Positions 9,373 through 16,800 of a stretch of 64,000 nucleotides of DNA are shown here, one piece after another. This stretch comes from an uncultured Anaerolineae bacterium (GTDB taxonomy: Bacteria; Chloroflexota; Anaerolineae; Aggregatilineales; UBA2796): assembly GCA_938005675.1 (NCBI GenBank), contig CALKXH010000105.1, positions 5,714 through 69,713 on the forward strand, given 5' to 3'. The position numbers were made by a program, and so were the translations under genes. Under the pieces are notes generated by a model. It was given only the letters and a program-made list of their open reading frames with translations, had not been told where the DNA came from and made no database searches. Every line of letters starts with the position of its first letter. Positions within the stretch are counted from its first letter, which is position 1.

Positions 9373-11936
9373 TCTGAGCGCGCGGTCAGCAGCGCACGGA
9401 ACGCATCAGCGCTGTAGACGCGCACCATGCCGTACTCGCACAGCGGCGGCAACGCCTCAAACTTCGCCAAGCCCTCGGGCGCGAAGTCGCGGCGCTCGGT
9501 CACGCCGACGAAGATGTAGGTGATGCCGTAGCGCTCGATCACGCCGAGCGCCTCGCGCGGATCGGTCGTGTTGTAGAGCGTGGCAATCGCCTGCGCGCGC
9601 GTCTCGACGCGCCTCTCGCCATTGACCACGTAAGTGAGCGTGTTCGCCGCAGGGAACGTATTGCCGCGCCACTGCCCTTGATGATTATCCCAGCCCAGCA
9701 AGGTCGGGATGCCCGTCAAGGCGCTGACTCGCCCGTAATCGCCGCGATAGGCGAGCCGCTCGCGAGTCGCCTCTGCCACCACGTCCCGATCTGAGGTGGC
9801 GTGGCGGGCGAGGCACTGAATGGCGTTGTACTCATCCCTGCCTTGCGCCATGCTGATCCCGCCGTCGAGCGTCAAGTCGGCTAGGTTGCCGCGCAGCCTG
9901 CCGCTCTCGCCCAAGGCGCGCGAGGTGATGGCGAAAACGGGATAGACCAAGCCAAGCGCGATGCTGACGGCAATTCCGACAGCGAAAGCGGCGCGGACGC
10001 CCGCCCGCATCTCGGACTCGGCGCGCTCCGCTAACAGCGACCAGACCGCGTAAGCGGCGGCGATGCTCCACAGCAGCCACGCCTGATACCACAGCTTGAA
10101 GATCGTGTTGATGCGCACGCCGAAGCCATCGCGCAGATAGACGAACTCCGGGGCGAGGCTCAGCACGGCGCCGGCGCCGATCAGGAACAGGGCGAAGCCC
10201 GTGGCGGGCGAGTAGGTGATCACGGCGCGGGCGGGCGCAGGCGCTCCATCGGCGCGGCGCGGCTCGCGGGCGAACAGCCGCGCGATCACGATCCCGATCA
10301 AGCCGAGCAGCACGGCGTGCGTCACAATGCCGTGCAGTCGGCGGGCGGCGAGGGCGGGCAGCGCCCCCAGCAGACCGCCGCTCTCATCGAGCGTCTGAAA
10401 GACGGCGAAGCGCACATCGGCGCGCGTCCATGCCAGCGCGCCCAAAGCAACTGAGGCGACGACGATCAGGACGATCACGCCGCCGATCAGCTGCAGGGCG
10501 AGGCGTAGGTTGAGGGTCAAGCCCGCCCGCCGCCACTCTAGCCACAGGAAAGCGGCGAAGATCAGCAGGAAGGGCGCGAACTGCAAGAAAAATTGCTGGA
10601 ATTGAGTCTGCCACAGCACGTTGGGCAAAATCCCGCCCGCCTGCGAGCGGAAGCCGACGAAAAAGGGCAAGTATAGCAGCGCCGTCAAGCCGATGATCGC
10701 CGCGCCGAAGCCGATCATGCCCCGCCAATCATCCCCGATGTAGCCGCCCGTGCCGTTGGCGATCAAGCGCCGCAACGCCTCCGCGCCGATGATCACGCCG
10801 ATGAAGACCGCATCCCATGTGTTGAGGAAGATCATGCCGCCCACGTACACGCCGTAGAGCAGCAGCTCCCACGCTTGCAAGCGCCGCCTGCCCAGCACCA
10901 AGTTCAGGGCGAGGGCGAGCGTCAACATGACGAAGGGCATCGAGAGCACGTGCGGATGTAAATCCGCCAGCACGTAGCTGAAGATCGGCATCTCAGTGAT
11001 GGGCTGAATGGCGAGCGGGCGCCCGCTCAAGTCCAGATCGCGCACGACGCGGCTGTAGCGAAACCACCACCAGAAGCACCACGTGCTGGGATCGGCATTT
11101 CCGCTGGGCGGACAGCCCACCGCGTACGAGTCGCGCTCTTCAAGATTGATCCACGCGAGGTAAGCGGGCGGCGCAGTGCGCGTCTGGAAGGGAATCTCAA
11201 GGATCGCCGTGCCGATGTTGCCCATCAGGATGCTCAGGACGATTGCCAAGCCGCCGACCGCCAATCGCGCGCGCAGCAGCGCGCCGCGCGCCGCCACGAG
11301 GTCATAGGCGACGCCGAACGCCCCAACGCCCGTCAGGGCGAAGAGCAGCGCCACACCCAAATTGAACGCCATCCCATTCGTGACGCCGCTCAGGTTGGCG
11401 ATGCTGCCGATCAGGATGTAGCCGAAATGATAGTAGCTGATCGCGTAGCCCGAAAGCCACGGATCGTGCGGCGGAAACTGCGCGCTGCGCCGCACGGCGC
11501 TCAGGAACGCCATCTCCATCGGCTTTTCGGTGGCGGTCAGGTCGGGGTTGAGGGCGCGCACGGTCGCCCAGCCGACGAACAGCAGGATGAACAGCACCTC
11601 CACAGCCAGGATTAACGACGCGTTCTGGCGCAAAAAGCCGCCGAAGGCGGGGCGCTCGCGCCACGTGAAATACGCGATCAGGCTGAGGGCGAGGACAATC
11701 AGCGCAGCGAGCAGCGTATCGCCGCCGCTATTGCGCAAGAGTCCGAGATTGTTCAGCAGCCAAAAGAGGTAGCCGATCAGCATGATGCCCGCCGCGCGCG
11801 CCACGGCGTAGCCGCGCGAGGGCAACGCCCGAAAGAGCCGCAAACACAACGGCAAGACGATCCACGCCGCCGCCAAGCTGATCAGCCACCAACTGATGAG
11901 CGCCCAGCCCTCGAAGATCAGCCAGTCAAAGAACAT
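9369..11936 (-). CDS. DUF2298 / Chlor_Arch_YYY family membrane protein (putative GT-C glycosyltransferase)
   Basis: EKPMEMAFLSAV.RS.QFPPHDPWLSGYAISYYHFGY, ITEMPIFSYVLADLHPH, NTIFKLWYQAW, GIPTLLGW, YGITYIFVG. Confidence 0.85.
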   Translation of the reverse strand: MFFDWLIFEGWALISWWLISLAAAWIVLPLCLRLFRALPSRGYAVARAAGIMLIGYLFWLLNNLGLLRNSGGDTLLAALIVLALSLIAYFTWRERPAFGGFLRQNASLILAVEVLFILLFVGWATVRALNPDLTATEKPMEMAFLSAVRRSAQFPPHDPWLSGYAISYYHFGYILIGSIANLSGVTNGMAFNLGVALLFALTGVGAFGVAYDLVAARGALLRARLAVGGLAIVLSILMGNIGTAILEIPFQTRTAPPAYLAWINLEERDSYAVGCPPSGNADPSTWCFWWWFRYSRVVRDLDLSGRPLAIQPITEMPIFSYVLADLHPHVLSMPFVMLTLALALNLVLGRRRLQAWELLLYGVYVGGMIFLNTWDAVFIGVIIGAEALRRLIANGTGGYIGDDWRGMIGFGAAIIGLTALLYLPFFVGFRSQAGGILPNVLWQTQFQQFFLQFAPFLLIFAAFLWLEWRRAGLTLNLRLALQLIGGVIVLIVVASVALGALAWTRADVRFAVFQTLDESGGLLGALPALAARRLHGIVTHAVLLGLIGIVIARLFAREPRRADGAPAPARAVITYSPATGFALFLIGAGAVLSLAPEFVYLRDGFGVRINTIFKLWYQAWLLWSIAAAYAVWSLLAERAESEMRAGVRAAFAVGIAVSIALGLVYPVFAITSRALGESGRLRGNLADLTLDGGISMAQGRDEYNAIQCLARHATSDRDVVAEATRERLAYRGDYGRVSALTGIPTLLGWDNHQGQWRGNTFPAANTLTYVVNGERRVETRAQAIATLYNTTDPREALGVIERYGITYIFVGVTERRDFAPEGLAKFEALPPLCEYGMVRVYSADAFRALLTARSE

Positions 11937-11939
11937 GCC

Positions 11940-12764
11940 CTATGCCTTCTCGTAGTTTCTGATGAACAGCTCATTGCCCTTGTGCGCTTTGGCGCGTTTG
12001 ACGTTGTTCATGCCGTATTGCAACTGCCACGTCGCAAGGTGCGCGAAGCTGAACAGCCTGCGCACGGGCAACGAGTCGTCATAAGTGACCAGCCAGCGAT
12101 GTGGACAAGCGCGCAGCGCCTCGGCAAAACGGACATGATCGAAGGATGTGTGCAAAATGCCGTCAACGCCATAAAGACGCGAAGCAGTCGCGCGCCAATA
12201 GGGCGGATCGAGGAAGATGAAAACCTTCTCGCCGTCCTTGTTCAATAAAGCGCTGTAGTCATGATGCGTGATTTCAACGTTGGTGAGCATTGCAGCGAGT
12301 CTGCGCACGCGCTCAACGGCTGAGTCGGTGAAGCGGCGCTCAAAGGCTTGTTGCGAATAGCCGCCTGAGTCTACCACGCCTGAGAAAGTGATCCGATTCA
12401 AGGCGAAGAAGCGCACAGCGCGCTCTAGGTCGTCGCGCTGTGACTCAGCCGTCTGCAGGTATGCCCATAGCGACCTGCCGTCGGGGTAAGCGCGCTTGAG
12501 CGCGAAGAGTCGCTCAACCAACAGCGCGTTATGATCGCGCGCCGCCCGCCAAAAGCAGATCAGGTCGTAGTTGAGGTCGTTGATCCAGTAGCGCCGCACA
12601 TAGTTGCCCAGAGTTGCCTTGACCGCCAAGAAAACTGAGCCGCCGCCAACCATCGGCTCGCGGTACTCCGTGATATTGAGCGGAATTTGGGCAAGAATCT
12701 GCGGGATAGCGCGCGATTTGCCGCCTGGATAACGCAACGGACTCTTAACAGAGCACATCGTCAA
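11940..12764 (-). CDS. Dam/D12-class N6-adenine DNA methyltransferase (alpha group)
   Basis: KSPLRYPGGKS, YREPMVGGGSV (motif I), NDLN, FIFLDPPY (motif IV), ELFIRNY. TTG start overlaps the upstream stop; alternative ATG at 12758. Confidence 0.92.
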   Translation of the reverse strand: MTMCSVKSPLRYPGGKSRAIPQILAQIPLNITEYREPMVGGGSVFLAVKATLGNYVRRYWINDLNYDLICFWRAARDHNALLVERLFALKRAYPDGRSLWAYLQTAESQRDDLERAVRFFALNRITFSGVVDSGGYSQQAFERRFTDSAVERVRRLAAMLTNVEITHHDYSALLNKDGEKVFIFLDPPYWRATASRLYGVDGILHTSFDHVRFAEALRACPHRWLVTYDDSLPVRRLFSFAHLATWQLQYGMNNVKRAKAHKGNELFIRNYEKA

Positions 12765-13882
12765 CCCCGTCCTGCCAAAAGAATGCTCAAACGGTTGTTA
12801 AGACCAGCTTCTCTGTTGAGTAAGCTGACGAGTTGAGCCTGCCGCGCCTTGAAAGCATTTGCCCCCATGAATTCCGCAAGCTGCTCTGACACACTTGGCA
12901 AGGTGAGTCTGCCCTTGAAAGTGCCACTCAGGTACAGCTCCACACGAAAAGGCATAGCTACTCCATCCACAGTGAGCTGTTCCATGTTGGCAAAAAGGAT
13001 CAGCTTGAAGAGACCGTCTTGAATATCGCTCAAGCTGGGCAACTCACTCCGAGCATTCTTAGCCTCCTGAAAGACAGCACGATCAGCCTCTTGATAAAAG
13101 CCATCTGTCGTCAGAAAATATTCCCCGCCAAGCTGATTGACAATCTGGATGGTTGCCTTCTCGCCGTACGGGATGTACTCGGCAAAGTGCTGGGTGACTG
13201 CCTCACGAGTCGCTGCGCTATGAGAGCTACGTAGCGTGGCAGCCTTGAACTGCTCTAGACTGAACTCGCCCTGTTTCATGAAAGACTCTAACACCTGAAG
13301 ATGCGTTTTTGGGCAGTGCATCTCTACGCCTAGCCGTTCTGAGAGCAGTCGATAACGCTCCACTGCACGCCGATATACCTGCACAAAATCACGCTGGAAG
13401 TGCATTGTGTTCCAGTGTAGCGCAGTTTGATGGTAGCTGCGCAGTTCCATCAAGCGATCTCGGACGTATTCTGCGTTAAGGTGTTGACTCGTCACTTTGT
13501 CCGCCCTACGCGGATGCACTGTCGCCTCATCGTACCACGCCAAAATGATGTAGACGTTCATCAAATTCATCCACGAGAACGTGATGAAATTGATTCTGTC
13601 TAGGTCGCCTCTTATGCCCTCATCTTTCATCACGGGAATAATCGTGACTTTCTTAGGCAAGTGGTAAGTGTTGTAAATGCGCGCAAAAGGATAGCTGCGC
13701 GTTCGCTTCGGCGAAACCCATTTCGAGTAGCCGATGACCTCGTCGCCTTTCTCATCGTATGTGAGGATGCCAAACGTGCTCGCTCGATTTACGTCAAATG
13801 TCGCAGCAGGCAAGCGCTTTAGTTCACCTGTACGGACACACGCTGTGTAGCGAATATTGCGCACTGTGCCTTTCAGTTCCAT
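12761..13882 (-). CDS. Putative type II restriction endonuclease, cognate of the adjacent MTase
   Basis: Soluble 373-aa ORF, A/T-rich relative to flanks (13561-13620: 26/60 G+C). Coupled to the MTase. Candidate PD-(D/E)XK motif TTDG...QEAKN. Confidence 0.6.
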   Translation of the reverse strand: MELKGTVRNIRYTACVRTGELKRLPAATFDVNRASTFGILTYDEKGDEVIGYSKWVSPKRTRSYPFARIYNTYHLPKKVTIIPVMKDEGIRGDLDRINFITFSWMNLMNVYIILAWYDEATVHPRRADKVTSQHLNAEYVRDRLMELRSYHQTALHWNTMHFQRDFVQVYRRAVERYRLLSERLGVEMHCPKTHLQVLESFMKQGEFSLEQFKAATLRSSHSAATREAVTQHFAEYIPYGEKATIQIVNQLGGEYFLTTDGFYQEADRAVFQEAKNARSELPSLSDIQDGLFKLILFANMEQLTVDGVAMPFRVELYLSGTFKGRLTLPSVSEQLAEFMGANAFKARQAQLVSLLNREAGLNNRLSILLAGRG

Positions 13883-16800
13883 TCAGCGCATCCCGACGAC
13901 TTTAGGCGTGTAGGCTGCGCCCTCGATCACCCGATATATCTTATCGCCCTCTCGCTCGTAGACGACCTCCAGCAAGCCCTGCTCGACCATCGCCTCGAAC
14001 TTCGCCAAGCCGCTCGCGCGGTAGGTGATCCGCTCCAGCTCCCCGACGATGATGTAGCGCACCTTGTAGAAGCGCAGCAACTCCCACGCCGTGCCGATGT
14101 CGGTCGTGTTGTAGAGCGCCGTGACGTTGGCTTGCCGCTGAATGACCAAGTTGGGCAGCGGATCGAGCGTGCGCTGCTGCTGCTGATGGAAACGCCAGCC
14201 CAGCACCGTCGGCAAGCCGGTGTTGATGGCGATGCGGCTGTTGTACTTGTACTCCGACGGGTACTGATGCGCCTCGAGGATGGTCGGCGTGCCTTGCACG
14301 TTCTCCTGCAGCCAGCGGATCATCGCTAAATCGCGGCTGAGCGGCACGGCTTGGCTGCCCTCGAAGTAGGTGGCGTACGCCATATAGGCGTTGCCATCGA
14401 GCGTGCGCGGCGCCTCAGGCGCCATGCGCATGGCGTTCTTGCCCTGCGTGGACATGATCGGGAAGAGCGCCGCGATGCTCAGCAGCAGCGCCGCTGTGAG
14501 CAACCACCCGTTGCGCAGCGTCGGACGCCACCGCCACGCTGAGTAGAGCAGCCACGCCAAGCCAACGCCGCCCGCCACGCTCAGCATCAGCCAGACCTGC
14601 ATGTAGAACTTGAAGAAGGTGTTCTGCCGCCCGATATCGCCGTCCAGCACCACGATCTCGACGCCCAGCGCAATGGCGAGCGCCGCGCCGATCAGCACGT
14701 ACAGCACCTGCCACTCGCGCGTCTGGGCGGGCGTGAAGAACAGCGCCACCGACCACGCGATCAGCGGCACGAGGATCAGCGCGAGCGGAATCGGCATGTC
14801 GATCAGCGCGATGCGCAGCGGCACGACCGCCATGAACAGCCCGATCAGCAGCACGCCGACGATCCCGCCCGCCACCAGCGCGAAGGGCAGGAACTTGCCC
14901 GCTAGATCGCGCAGATAGATCGCCCGCAACAGCCGCCCCGTCTGCCAGACCAGCAGCGAGATCGCCACGAACAGGAACGTGCCGTGCATGGTGAAAAACG
15001 CCCAGATCGGCGTTTTGTTGCCCAAGAACGCCTTCACCGAGCTATACGAGGTGGCGTGGAACGCCATGAACGGCAGCGCCGCCAACCATTGCGCCGCAAA
15101 CAGCCATGCCACCTGCGCGATCCACGCTGTGAGGTTAGCCCGCGTGAGCTTATCGCGGCGCAGCAGGATGGCGAACGACAAGCCCGCCATCCCCAAGAGC
15201 AGATAGGTGATCCAATCCCATGTGTTGGTGGCGCGCAAGATGCCGATGCTCAAGCCGCCCAGCGCCGTCGCCGCGATGACGATCCACGTGGCGCGCCGCA
15301 CTCTGCCCGCTGCGAAGACCTCGCCCAGCAGCCACGTCAGGGCGAGGAAGGTGATCGGCAGCGCGATCATGTGGGCGTGCAGGTCGCCGAAGACGAAGGT
15401 GAAATACGGGAACTCGTTGATCTCGTTGCTGTTGTTGGGCAGCTCGCCGACCACGCTGCGCGGACCCCAGTACCAGCGTTCAGGTCCGATGGGCAGGATC
15501 GCGCCTTGAGTCAGCTGCCCGATGCCCCGCCCGAAGCACTCAAACGTCCGCCCGATGTTATAGGCGCCGAACAGCGCTTGATCGATCAGGCTCGGACTCT
15601 GCGCGCTCATCAGCAGGACGCTCGATTCTTCAGGTGTGGGCTGCCTGCCGTTCTGCGCCACGAACTGATCGAGCTTCCACAAGTACATGTCGCTCGTCGC
15701 AGTGCAGCCGCCCGCCCGTTGCACGCCCGTCAAAAAGACGCGCGGCGTATCGAGGTTGCCCAGCACCACGCACAGCAACAGCGCCAACGTCCCTGCCAGA
15801 TACGGGCTGGCGGCGGGCGTGCGCAGGGCGTAGGTCAGGCGCTCGCGCACAGGCGCGTCGCGCTCAGGCGAGCCTTCGGCGCGCGGGAAGCGCCAGCGCG
15901 CCGCCGCGATGTTGAAAGCCAGCGAGAACGCCCCGATCCCCGTCAGGGCGAAGAGGGTCGGCACGATCAGGTTGTAGGCGATGCTCGGCACGACGCCCAG
16001 CAGCTTGGTCGGCGCGCCGACCAGCACATAGCCGAAGTAGTAGTAGTTCAAATAGCCGCCGGCGTACCACGGATCGTAGGCGGGGAAGACGCTAGAGCGC
16101 AGCACAGCGTTGAAGTAGGCGAAGTTCATCGGTTTTTCGCCGCCCAGCACTTGCGCCCACAGATCGGGGTTGCCCAAGCGCACCAAGACGAATGCCACGA
16201 ACAGCGTCGCCGTGATCGCCTCGACGATCAGCAGGTAGCGCCAATTCAGGCGCAGCCACGCGCCCAGCTCGGCGCGCCGCCGCCACGCCACGTAGCCGCT
16301 CAGCGCCGCCACGCCCAGCAGCAGCACCAACAAGCCGCCGCTGCTCCACAAGGGCAGGCGAAGCGTGCCGCCCGCCCACGCCAACCACGCCACGATCAGC
16401 AAGCCCGCGATCTTCGCCATCGGATAGGCGCGGTCGGGCAGGGCGGGCAGCAAGGCGAAGAGCAGCGGCGCAACCGCCCAGCCGAACGCCACAATCGTCA
16501 GCCACCACAAGACCACGCTCGCCACGGGCGAGGCGTTGATGAGCGCCTCGCGGTTGAACAGCTCCGACCACGTGCCGCCCGACTCTTGCCTTTCGCGCAG
16601 ATCGGCGCTCATCATGAAGCCGGTAGGCGCTTGGCTCGCCTCGTAGGCGCCCCAACGGATCACGTTCACGACGGTTGCGTCTTCCAGTTGAAAGGTTGGG
16701 TTGGTGGCGAGCGGCACGCTGTTCAGGGCGGCGGCAACGCGCTCAGAGGCGTAGCGCTCAGGATTCTTCTTGAAGATCAGCACGGCGGGATGATCGTAGA

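Noticed and set aside
11940-12764. Calling the MTase dam (GATC-specific)
   Set aside because: Family motifs do not fix specificity, and GATC is abundant despite an adjacent candidate nuclease.
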